Positions 10,323 to 19,384 of a stretch of DNA of 41,940 bases are shown here, one piece after another (position 1 is the stretch's first letter; each line of letters opens with the position of its first letter). Location: positions 1 to 41,940 of the forward strand of contig JBOFUV010000077.1 of assembly GCA_051652765.1 (NCBI GenBank). The letters are read 5' to 3'. The notes beneath the pieces were generated by a model. It did not search any database. It saw only the letters and a program-made list of their open reading frames with translations, and was not told the origin of the DNA. The position numbers and the translations under genes were made by a program. The DNA is from Microcoleaceae cyanobacterium. GTDB lineage: Bacteria > Cyanobacteriota > Cyanobacteriia > Cyanobacteriales > Microcoleaceae.

Positions 10323-11384
10323 TCAATTGGATTTGGAATTCAAATGACGCTGTAGATCTTTAACCGCTTGTTGAATTTCAGGCAAATGCTTGAAAATTGT
10401 AATGCTTTTCAAAAAGAGTTTATGAGGAATTGCGGGAGTCCCAGAAACCACTTCCCCAGCTTTAATGGTGCTGTGAACCCCTGATTTTGCGGTAATAATT
10501 GCCCCATCTCCGACCTTGGCTTGATTCGCAACCCCAACTTGACCTGCTAAGACGACTTGATTTCCTATAGTCACCCCTCCAGCCAAGCCGACATGACCTG
10601 CAAAAACACAATTCTGACCCACTTGACACCCATGACCGATGTGAACCAAGTTATCCAGCTTGGTATTTTTGCCAATGCGAGTTTCTCCCACCGCCGGACG
10701 ATCAATAGTGCTATTACAGCCAACTTCAACGCCATCTTCCAAAACAGCAATGCCCGATTGTTCCATCTTGAACCAGCCCTGAGGAGTTGGGACAAACCCA
10801 AATCCCTCTGACCCGATCACGGCACCGCTATGAATCACGCAATCTTTGCCCAGGCGAGTGCGCTCATGAATCGTACAGTTTGCGTGGAGAACTGTGCGAT
10901 CGCCAATTTCGACTTCTGGATAAACCACAACATTGGGATGAAGACAAACCTGATTGCCAATCTGAGCATGGGCTTGAATCACGACATGGGGCCCAATATA
11001 AACCGCTGTTCCAATCTGAGCGCTCGGATCAATCACAGCGGTCGGATGAATTTGAGGTTGGGGTTGATAGGGTTGATAAAATAAGGCGATCGCCTGAGCA
11101 AACAACAACCGAGGGTCAGGGGAGGCGATCCAGGCAATATTACGTTCCAGGGCTTGATGTTGAAGGGTTTCGTCGAGGGGAAGGACAAGAATGCTGGCAG
11201 CAGTAGTTTGAACGAACCCAGCAAACTTTGCCCCTTCAATGTAGCTCAGGGTTCCGGCTTGAGCCCGCTCAATTGCTTCTACGCCCCAAACTTCGGGATC
11301 TAACTCTGGCGCAACGGTTAGGCTCTGGGACACAATGCCGTCAGCCAATCGGTTGACTAATTCACTCAATTTCAATGCTTGCAT
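10323..11384 (-). CDS. lpxD: UDP-3-O-acylglucosamine N-acyltransferase
   Basis: IHPTAVI, hexapeptide repeats, GSEGFGF, IDR, KLDNLVHIGHG. Start ATG 11384 or GTG 11405. Confidence 0.95.
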   Translation of the reverse strand: MQALKLSELVNRLADGIVSQSLTVAPELDPEVWGVEAIERAQAGTLSYIEGAKFAGFVQTTAASILVLPLDETLQHQALERNIAWIASPDPRLLFAQAIALFYQPYQPQPQIHPTAVIDPSAQIGTAVYIGPHVVIQAHAQIGNQVCLHPNVVVYPEVEIGDRTVLHANCTIHERTRLGKDCVIHSGAVIGSEGFGFVPTPQGWFKMEQSGIAVLEDGVEVGCNSTIDRPAVGETRIGKNTKLDNLVHIGHGCQVGQNCVFAGHVGLAGGVTIGNQVVLAGQVGVANQAKVGDGAIITAKSGVHSTIKAGEVVSGTPAIPHKLFLKSITIFKHLPEIQQAVKDLQRHLNSKSN

Positions 11385-11468
11385 CAACGGTTTGACCCCT
11401 CTCACAACACCCCTATTAAAGCGTTAAAGCGTTCCTATAGAAACATTTAAGGTTCATCTCGGGAACCC

Positions 11469-12830
11469 TTAGAGCAAGTCTGCTGCTTCGTACAGTCTTT
11501 GAACGAGAGCTAAAATGCGATCGCCATACCGTAAATCGGCTGACCAGCGTCCTCCCAACTGTAAAACCGAAGGCGCAACTCCCCGTTGAATGTCAGAAAA
11601 CCGAGGATCAACGACTGCTTGAACCAAGGGTTCAGTACTGGCGTAAGCTTTGAGATGTTGAATATGGGCACGAACTCCTGTTTTAGGGTTAGGGAAAGTA
11701 GCAGTTCCTGCTTCAACTCGGGCTGCACCTAAACTAGCAAAATTATTTTGTGAGGCTTTGGTTTCTGGATTAAATCTGAGAAATTCTGTCTCCAGGCACA
11801 TCTGACAGAAGGCAATATCATGATTGACCCCCTCAATTCCAGCTTCCCGAACATAATGCTGGGTAATCTCAGGAAACTGGATTAACCCTGCCGGATGTTC
11901 AGATTTCAAAAACAGCACTAGTTGAGCCTCTGCCACATTGCCTCGCCCCATAATCTGGTCAATTTGGCTGGAGAACAGTCGGGAAACGGAGCGCAAGATT
12001 ACAGTGCGATTGGGATTGTCCCAAGTGACCGATACACCAAAATTTCTCAGGTCAATGGCTCTAGCATAAACAACATTTCGATAGCGAATTCGTTGGATTT
12101 GTTGCAATTCCACAGCATCAATTCCAACTTTATCCACTAAGTCAACTGGAATGTGAGCATTGCCATTCACCAAAATGCCCAGATTGCCATAGTACTGACC
12201 ATTAATCTGCACGCCAATCGAGTCATACACAGGGGTTCCCGGCGGCAGAGGGGGCGTTGGATTGATGGATTCACTGCCAACCCAAGCAATCAGCCCATCT
12301 GCTAAACCCCTAGCAATATCTTGATAACGGGTCTGAATCAAGGCCCGATCTTGAGGATTCGTCAGGTAGCCGATTTCAACATACAGGGACGGGATGATCA
12401 CCCAGCGACAAAAAATTAAACGGCCTAGTCCTGAGTCTGTATCAGGTTTCACACCGCGATTGGGAAATTGAGGCACTTGCCGCAGCAGCAACTTTAATAC
12501 CAACTGAGCATCGGCTCGCCGTTGCGTGTTGTTGGCAATGTGAAACATCGTTACCCCTCGAACTGAAGGATTCGGTGACCCCCCAGTTTGTAGCTCAATA
12601 GCCACATCACCCTGGCGACCATAGTAGTTAATCCAGTCAATCGTTTGGACTTGGTTGTAAGTATCAGGGATAGAATAGGCGGTATGACCCCTGGAACGCA
12701 ACTCAACGGCAAGCCACTCGCGAATCCGAATCATTTCTTGAGCTTCTGTCGTGCCTCCAGCGACCACTCCCGGATCTCTGATGCCATTCTCAAGTCCCCC
12801 GTGCCCGGCGGAGAGAAAAATTCGTCCCAT
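11469..12830 (-). CDS. Amidase_3 + glucosaminidase peptidoglycan hydrolase (TftA-like)
   Basis: MGRIFLSAGHGG...GGTTEA amidase N-terminus, NRGVKPD; C-terminal AFCQMCLET, NNF, HIQHLKAYA glucosaminidase. Architecture matches recalled Nostoc TftA. Confidence 0.8.
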   Translation of the reverse strand: MGRIFLSAGHGGLENGIRDPGVVAGGTTEAQEMIRIREWLAVELRSRGHTAYSIPDTYNQVQTIDWINYYGRQGDVAIELQTGGSPNPSVRGVTMFHIANNTQRRADAQLVLKLLLRQVPQFPNRGVKPDTDSGLGRLIFCRWVIIPSLYVEIGYLTNPQDRALIQTRYQDIARGLADGLIAWVGSESINPTPPLPPGTPVYDSIGVQINGQYYGNLGILVNGNAHIPVDLVDKVGIDAVELQQIQRIRYRNVVYARAIDLRNFGVSVTWDNPNRTVILRSVSRLFSSQIDQIMGRGNVAEAQLVLFLKSEHPAGLIQFPEITQHYVREAGIEGVNHDIAFCQMCLETEFLRFNPETKASQNNFASLGAARVEAGTATFPNPKTGVRAHIQHLKAYASTEPLVQAVVDPRFSDIQRGVAPSVLQLGGRWSADLRYGDRILALVQRLYEAADLL

Positions 12831-12851
12831 GCTTTAGCCCTAAACTTAAAT

Positions 12852-12889
12852 GAATCACCCCAATGAATCACCCCGTCGTCGAATCACCC
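12852..12889. repeat. Triple direct repeat GAATCACCC in divergent intergenic region
   Basis: Copies at 12852, 12865 and 12881. Confidence 0.75.
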
Positions 12890-12916
12890 TAACATTAAAT
12901 CTCAACATTCAAAACA

Positions 12917-13303
12917 ATGGCTTTAAATTGTCAGAGTGCTTTTGTCACGATTGCCAGCCTTGAGATTGAGCCGTTGGTAGGATTTTACTGCCAATTGCTG
13001 GGGATTCAACCTCAAATTTACCAGGCGCAAGCTTATGCTGAATTTCACCTGGGTGGCTTCCGCTTAGGAATTTTCAAGCCAAAAGAGACCAACGCTGACG
13101 AGTTTGCCCACCACCAGAAAACATCGATCAGCTTGTGTCTGGAAGTGGAGAATTTAGAACAAGCGATCGCTCACTTGCACCATCTTGGCTATCCTCCGTC
13201 TGGAGCCATTATCACTGCGGCCCACGGCCAAGAAATTTATGCCTACGATCCCCTAGGAAACCGCTTGATTGTGCATCAGTCTTGGCACAAATCAGTCTGG
13301 TAA
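12917..13303 (+). CDS. VOC/glyoxalase-family protein
   Basis: 128 aa; FY..LLG, SLCLEVENLE, YAYDPLGNRL motifs. Confidence 0.88.
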   Translation: MALNCQSAFVTIASLEIEPLVGFYCQLLGIQPQIYQAQAYAEFHLGGFRLGIFKPKETNADEFAHHQKTSISLCLEVENLEQAIAHLHHLGYPPSGAIITAAHGQEIYAYDPLGNRLIVHQSWHKSVW

Positions 13304-13305
13304 GG

Positions 13306-16300
13306 CTAGATTTTAGTCAGCTCCATGATTCGGTCAAAGCGGAAGTTGTCTACCAAATCCCGAAGTGCTGCGTTCAGGTCTGTGTGCTCCGGCGGAATTT
13401 GTTCAATCAGTTGAGAGGTCAGCAAATCACTACACTGAGACGCAGCATTGTGCAATTCCTCGAGCCACCCTTGGGGCATCACCCATAAGGACTCAGGATT
13501 CAGCACGAACGCTGATGAATTCCGGCGGGCTGCAGCCACACTGGACAGAGCCGGATCTTCCACTTCATAGAGATACTCGATGCCTAAGTGCTGACCAATC
13601 GTTGCCAGCAGTCCTGTCTCTTGATAAGGCTTCCGCACAAAGTCATCACAACCAATTGATAAGATCAACTGTCGCTCCTCTTCAAACGCACTAGCAGTCA
13701 AAGCAATGATCACTGTTTTCTCGGATTCATCCAGGGCTTTGATCCGTTTTGTTGCTTCGTAGCCATCCATGACAGGCATTCGCATATCCATCAAAATCAA
13801 GTCAGGATGCCAGTCTATCCAAATATCGATCGCCTCTTGCCCATTCTCTGCCTGTTTCACTTTGAATCCTAACCCTTCTAGCAGTTTGACTAACAGCAGG
13901 CGGTTCGTGAACTTATCTTCCACTACGAGGATGCGGGGGATTGGCTGTTGGGGGAGGAGCCCAATGACTTTTTGTGGAAACAACCCAGATTGAGTCGCCT
14001 GTACGTCTGACAATTCAGCCTGAATATCAAACTTAAACAGACTACCCACGCCCAACTGCGAATACACCTGGATTTCCCCACCCATCAGTTGGACAAACTT
14101 TTGGCTAATGGGCAACCCTAAACCCGTTCCTTCCCCTGATTTGATCCCGACTTCGGTCTGATTAAAGGCTTCAAACAGTTGATCCAATTCTTGGTTTGCA
14201 ATTCCTGGCCCTGTATCTTCTATTTCAAAGGAAATTGTTAGAGGTTTTCCTTCAGAATCTGAAGCTTGACCCAGAGCTAATGACACTCTCAGGGTCACTA
14301 GCCCCCGTTGGGTGAACTTAATGGCGTTGCCCAGGAGGTTGATTAAAACTTGACGCAGTTTGTTCTCATCTGTTTTAACGTACTGGGAAACATCAGCACT
14401 CCAGTCGAAGATCAGGTCTAAACCTTTTGATTTGGCTTTGAGGTGGAGCATTTCATATAAACTCTGCAAGAGGCGATGCAGATCAAAGTCTGAGGGATTG
14501 AGGAGAATTCGTCCGGCTTCGATTTTTGACATCTCCAAAATGTCGTTGATCAGACTCAGGAGATGTTCCCCAGAACGGGCAATAATGCCGACATACTGTT
14601 GATGCTCTTCGGACAAACCAGAGTCATGGTTCATCAGTTGAGTAAAGCCCAGGATCGCATTCAGGGGAGTGCGAAGTTCATGGCTCATGTTAGCCAAAAA
14701 TTCACTCTTAGAACGATTGGCGGCATCGGCAGACTCCTTCGCCTGTTTTAATTCTTCTGCCTGTTGCTGGGTTTTAGCCAAGAGTTCTGCTTGCTGTACC
14801 GCCACACCTAACTGGGTTCCGACCTGAACCACCATCTGAATTTCGACTTCCTGCCACTGCCGGGGACTGGAATTTTGATAGGTTGCCAGCAATCCCCAGA
14901 GTTGAGTACCACAAAAGATGGGTACGGTAATGTAGGCTTTGGCCTGGAACTGCTCTAGGAGTTCAACGTAGCAGAGTTCAAAGTTTGCCTGGTAAATATC
15001 GTGAACACAGAGATAACTCGCTCCCTGACGATAGGCTCCTCCTTGAGTTTCTTGGAGATAGGTATCCTGGAGGGTTTTCTTCTCTACTTGAACCAATTTT
15101 TGGACGACACAATCATCTGCCTGAATAGCTTGCTGAGTCACAATCGAGGACTGTTCTTGATCCTGAGTTTGCAGTTGCATCAGGGAAGTCCAATCCTCAG
15201 TCACAGACTCTGCAACAAATTTGCCACTCCAGTCGGGATTGAATTGGTAGATCACGACCCGGTCGCTCTTCGTTGCCGCCCTTAACTCCTGCACTGTGCA
15301 TCTAAAGATTGTCTCCAGTTCGAGCGATCGCCGCATTTGCTGAATGATATTGGAGAGGGCCTTTTCTCGCTCTGCCATCTGCCGTACCTTGCCTTCTGAG
15401 TGCTTGCGTTCGGTGATATCGAGGGCTGTTCCCAGGGCGCGAATCATTCTCCCCTGACTATCATAGAGACCTTCTCCCCTCGCTTCGATGTGGTGCACTG
15501 AACCATCTGGATGCACAATCCGACAGTCAAACTCAGCAAATTGACCCACATCCAAGACCTGCTTCACATTCCTCCGCCAGAGTTCCCGATCCTCAGGATG
15601 AATTTGCCGGATCAATTGAGCATAGCCAGGTTCCCCCTGGTTTGGGTGTTGTCCGAAAATCCTAAACATTTCCTCTGACCAGGTGACTTTTTGAGTCAAG
15701 ATCTCCCAGTCCCAATTCCCAACATGGGCAACCCGCTGGGCTGTTGCTAGACTGGATTCACTGGATCGCAGCTTGTCTTCAGCCTGTTTGCGGTCGATGC
15801 CCAAGGCAATACTGCTGGCAATAGAAGCAACTTCTTCCAGCAAAATTTCAGGCAATGGATGGGGGGAAAAAATGGCCATAACTCCTAAGAGTTCATCCTT
15901 GATCACCAGGGAATATCCTGCAAAAGCAACAATCTGCTCTTGAACAATCCAATCATGGCCTAAAAATTCTTTGTCTTGGTGCAGGGTGTTGGTGAGATAG
16001 GGTTGGTGATCGTGAACAATCTCCCTGAACCGAGATTGATCAACCGAAATCCGATCGTAGCTGTTGCCCCAAAGACGGGACTCTTTCACGCCAACATCGG
16101 CTTCAAGCTGAAGCCATTGCTGATCTGGATCGAGCAGCCAAATACAGGCAAGAGTGGCATCTAGATGTGCCTGAAGGGCGATCGCACAGCGCTCCAGCAT
16201 ATCCTGCAAGGACTCTACTTCGGTGAGAGCTGTGCCAATATCTGCTCGCAGGGCAGAGATCTGAACTTGCTGTCGCAGGGTTGCTTCTGTGCGCTTGCGT

Positions 16301-18675
16301 TCTGTGATGTCATGGACAACGCCCACCAAGGCTGGATTGCCAGACAAATCGGTAAACCCAATTTTTTTTGTAATTAACGTATGGGTAATGTTCTGAGCAT
16401 CAATAAAGGTTTCTTCCTGCTCCACCTCAGTCTTAGAAGCCAGTACTTGATCGTCGCTGTCGGCAAAGACTTGAGCTTGAGTCAAGGGCATGGTCTCGGT
16501 ATCAAGATAACCCAGCAGTGCCTGTCGAGGACGCCCCACCAACTGACAAAATGCTTCATTCACCATTGTCCAGCGATGATCCTGATCTTTGACAAAAATG
16601 GGATCGGCGACGGCATTGATGACCCGATTGAGAAAGGCTTCGCTGGCTTTCAAGGCGGTTTCGGCCTGCTTGATTTCCGTAATGTCGCTGGCAGTGCCTA
16701 AAATTTGTTGAGGGAGGCCAGATTTTGCCTTACTAAACACCGTGTCTCGACTCACCAGCCATAACCAATGACCATGCTGGTGCTGCATCCGATACTCAAC
16801 CTCGAAGATATCTCCCTCATATCCAATGGCCATCTGGGCATAGTAGTCCTCCATCCGAGCCAGATCCTCAGGACACATTAGAGCCTGCATCAGGGTTTGA
16901 TCCATTGCCTGAATTTCTGCGGCGGTGTAGCCCAAAATGTCAACCACAGTTGGGTTGATGTAGAGGTTTTTCTGTGCTTCTAGATCGTACAAATAGAGAA
17001 TACTGGGACTAGCATCGGCAATCCGCTGAACCCAGAGCTGACTGGCCCGCAATGCTTCTTCCGCTTGCTTGTGTTCCTGAGATTCTATGGCCAAAGCCGC
17101 CATGTAAGCGAGGTAGCTGGCGAAGTTCTGTTCTTCAATCACCCATTCATGCTGAGATTGGAGTTGTTCTAACCAGATTGCCCCCTGAACTTGTCCCTTC
17201 AGTTGGATCGGCACAATCAAAACAGAGGTGACTTTTCCGGGGGCCCAGTAAACATCAGTGAGTTCTTGAGTGCGAGGATCAGTCTGAACGCTCACAGCAC
17301 TGATCATCCGCTCGGAGTCCATGACCTGAAAATAACAGGGATAGTCTGCACGCTCTAGCTTGTCGGTCAAATAGTCAGGGAACTCCTTTGTTGAAACAGG
17401 GATCTCTAGATTGTCATAGCGGTAAGTCCGACGGAGGTGAGTGCGATCGCTGCTGTAGAGCCAAATACTTGCCCCTTCAACACTCAGGGTGCGAGCCGCA
17501 ACTCCAGCAATTTCCTGCAACGCCTCTTCCAGATTCCCCTCATAAATCTGTTGACTTTGAGCCAGTTCTAGCAATCCTCCCTGTTGCTTTCTCAGTCGAA
17601 TTCCACTGGTTAACAAGCTAAACTCGGCCACAACCCGATCCTGAACCTCTCGTTCCAGGGCGACATTGGCCAGTTCTAAATCCATCGTTCGTTGCTGTAG
17701 GGCTTTGGTGGCCGCTTGAACTCGCATGGCCAACTGACCGTGAGTCTCTTGAAGCGCTTTCTCTGTCTGTAGGCGTTGTAGTTCAGCCGCCGCTCTCGCC
17801 GCAAAGATTGTGAGTACCGCTTGGGGAATTGCTTCATCCTTGAGGGGACGATCACTGACAATGCACAGCACCCCAATCGGAGACTGAGACTGATCGCACA
17901 AGGGTAATCCTAGATAGCACTCCGCCTTCAAATGTTGTAAATCAAGACTTTCTGGAAACAATTCCCTCACTCCAGATTGAAAGAACTGGAGCTGGCCAGA
18001 TTGAATCACTTGCTCACAAGGCTGCCCCGCCAGACACTCTCGATTCTCCTGAAGCTGCCCTCCAGACCAAAATGCTAGGGTTTTGAAGGTGAGAGGTTTC
18101 TGGATTAGGACTTCGGCTAAAACAACATGGGGAACATCTAGAACAAGGGCCAATTGTTGAACCAGGGTTGCAAAAAAAGGCTGCCCAGTCACGGAGGCTG
18201 TTTCGTTGACCAGATGCCCCAAGAGCGTTGCGAACGTTTTACTTTGTTCGCAGGTGAGACTGGAATGATCGGGCTGCTCTAGGGATGCTTGCACTGTTCT
18301 GGACAGAGCTGGTTTCCTCAGTTGATATGTTAACCAAAACGCTAGGGTTCCTATCGCAAGAGTCAGCAATCCTTCCAGCCAATCTAGAGGACTGGCAGAT
18401 CTCCAAAAATTCAGTTCGATCATCTGTTCGAGCAGATGCAGAATACTGCTGAATAGTCCCAATCCACCCCAGACGATTAGAAGTTGTTTAAAAAAGGTTT
18501 GAGGGCGAGCGGTTAGCCATTGAGGATGCTTGTGGAACAGATGAATACATGAACCATAGGCCAACAAAAGCGCTAAGTCGCTGACTAGGTTCTGTAACTG
18601 AGTTAAGAATTGACCCTGGAATAAACCGAGGTAACTGTTTGTCTCTGACAAGATAATGCCTAAAATTTCTCCCAT
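13306..18675 (-). CDS. Multi-sensor hybrid histidine kinase (TM-GAF-GAF-PAS-PAS-GAF-PAS-CBCR GAF-HisKA-HATPase-REC)
   Basis: FLANMSHELRTPLN H-box; NLLGNAIKFT; DTGPGI and GTGLGL; REC DLILMDMRMP; three PAS/PAC ending DIT; last GAF with DRVVIY, DTYLQ, CY, LWGLL. Confidence 0.92.
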   Translation of the reverse strand: MGEILGIILSETNSYLGLFQGQFLTQLQNLVSDLALLLAYGSCIHLFHKHPQWLTARPQTFFKQLLIVWGGLGLFSSILHLLEQMIELNFWRSASPLDWLEGLLTLAIGTLAFWLTYQLRKPALSRTVQASLEQPDHSSLTCEQSKTFATLLGHLVNETASVTGQPFFATLVQQLALVLDVPHVVLAEVLIQKPLTFKTLAFWSGGQLQENRECLAGQPCEQVIQSGQLQFFQSGVRELFPESLDLQHLKAECYLGLPLCDQSQSPIGVLCIVSDRPLKDEAIPQAVLTIFAARAAAELQRLQTEKALQETHGQLAMRVQAATKALQQRTMDLELANVALEREVQDRVVAEFSLLTSGIRLRKQQGGLLELAQSQQIYEGNLEEALQEIAGVAARTLSVEGASIWLYSSDRTHLRRTYRYDNLEIPVSTKEFPDYLTDKLERADYPCYFQVMDSERMISAVSVQTDPRTQELTDVYWAPGKVTSVLIVPIQLKGQVQGAIWLEQLQSQHEWVIEEQNFASYLAYMAALAIESQEHKQAEEALRASQLWVQRIADASPSILYLYDLEAQKNLYINPTVVDILGYTAAEIQAMDQTLMQALMCPEDLARMEDYYAQMAIGYEGDIFEVEYRMQHQHGHWLWLVSRDTVFSKAKSGLPQQILGTASDITEIKQAETALKASEAFLNRVINAVADPIFVKDQDHRWTMVNEAFCQLVGRPRQALLGYLDTETMPLTQAQVFADSDDQVLASKTEVEQEETFIDAQNITHTLITKKIGFTDLSGNPALVGVVHDITERKRTEATLRQQVQISALRADIGTALTEVESLQDMLERCAIALQAHLDATLACIWLLDPDQQWLQLEADVGVKESRLWGNSYDRISVDQSRFREIVHDHQPYLTNTLHQDKEFLGHDWIVQEQIVAFAGYSLVIKDELLGVMAIFSPHPLPEILLEEVASIASSIALGIDRKQAEDKLRSSESSLATAQRVAHVGNWDWEILTQKVTWSEEMFRIFGQHPNQGEPGYAQLIRQIHPEDRELWRRNVKQVLDVGQFAEFDCRIVHPDGSVHHIEARGEGLYDSQGRMIRALGTALDITERKHSEGKVRQMAEREKALSNIIQQMRRSLELETIFRCTVQELRAATKSDRVVIYQFNPDWSGKFVAESVTEDWTSLMQLQTQDQEQSSIVTQQAIQADDCVVQKLVQVEKKTLQDTYLQETQGGAYRQGASYLCVHDIYQANFELCYVELLEQFQAKAYITVPIFCGTQLWGLLATYQNSSPRQWQEVEIQMVVQVGTQLGVAVQQAELLAKTQQQAEELKQAKESADAANRSKSEFLANMSHELRTPLNAILGFTQLMNHDSGLSEEHQQYVGIIARSGEHLLSLINDILEMSKIEAGRILLNPSDFDLHRLLQSLYEMLHLKAKSKGLDLIFDWSADVSQYVKTDENKLRQVLINLLGNAIKFTQRGLVTLRVSLALGQASDSEGKPLTISFEIEDTGPGIANQELDQLFEAFNQTEVGIKSGEGTGLGLPISQKFVQLMGGEIQVYSQLGVGSLFKFDIQAELSDVQATQSGLFPQKVIGLLPQQPIPRILVVEDKFTNRLLLVKLLEGLGFKVKQAENGQEAIDIWIDWHPDLILMDMRMPVMDGYEATKRIKALDESEKTVIIALTASAFEEERQLILSIGCDDFVRKPYQETGLLATIGQHLGIEYLYEVEDPALSSVAAARRNSSAFVLNPESLWVMPQGWLEELHNAASQCSDLLTSQLIEQIPPEHTDLNAALRDLVDNFRFDRIMELTKI

Positions 18676-19384
18676 ATTTCTTGCACAACACGTAACCTCA
18701 TTCAGAGGATTGCTGCTAAATATTAGCTATTTTAGCCGTTAAATCTAATCGGTCTAAGTAGTTAAATCTTAGCTTTGAGCCACAACTTTTGAAGAGTTGT
18801 GAAATATTAGAATGCCAGCCTGACCTGATTCGACTAGCCCGCAAGTGGTTTGCCTAGATCAACTGTGTAGACTGGATTGACGCTAGGAAACCCAATCAGC
18901 CTTTGAGAGCGTTGGTTTTGAGCTTTAGTCTCGCAACCTCGACACCAGCAGACACAACCCAAGATCAGCTTGACAAAGCACCCGTTCTAACTAAGGCCAA
19001 ACAGACAGAATAAACTCCTCTTACCCCTTTGGTTTGGGGTGCAAGCAACGGCCCTAGAACAAGCTTACGACGGCAAGCTCGCTAGATGTCGGCGACTTGG
19101 AGATGAACTACTCAATCCTGATGCTGTGGGAGACTTGACTCTGAATTCGAATAATATGAACGATATTCAACTTCTCTACTAGTATAGAGTGTAGCTAGAG
19201 TTCTATCCAAAGCAGTAAAAAACGGAGATAGAACTGGCAGAGAGGGTGTGCCGATTCCAGAAATGCACTATGGACATTATGAAGATGCATTGAAAACGGG
19301 GTTAGCATCTCATCTGTCATATCGAGTAACATAGCTAACATCAAGTGTCTTACTCGTAAAGTTCCTCCAGCCACTTTAAATCCC

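Noticed and set aside
18835..18860. c-di-GMP-I riboswitch suggested by GGCAAACC on the minus strand
   Set aside because: The GAAA-tetraloop stem and downstream consensus are missing.
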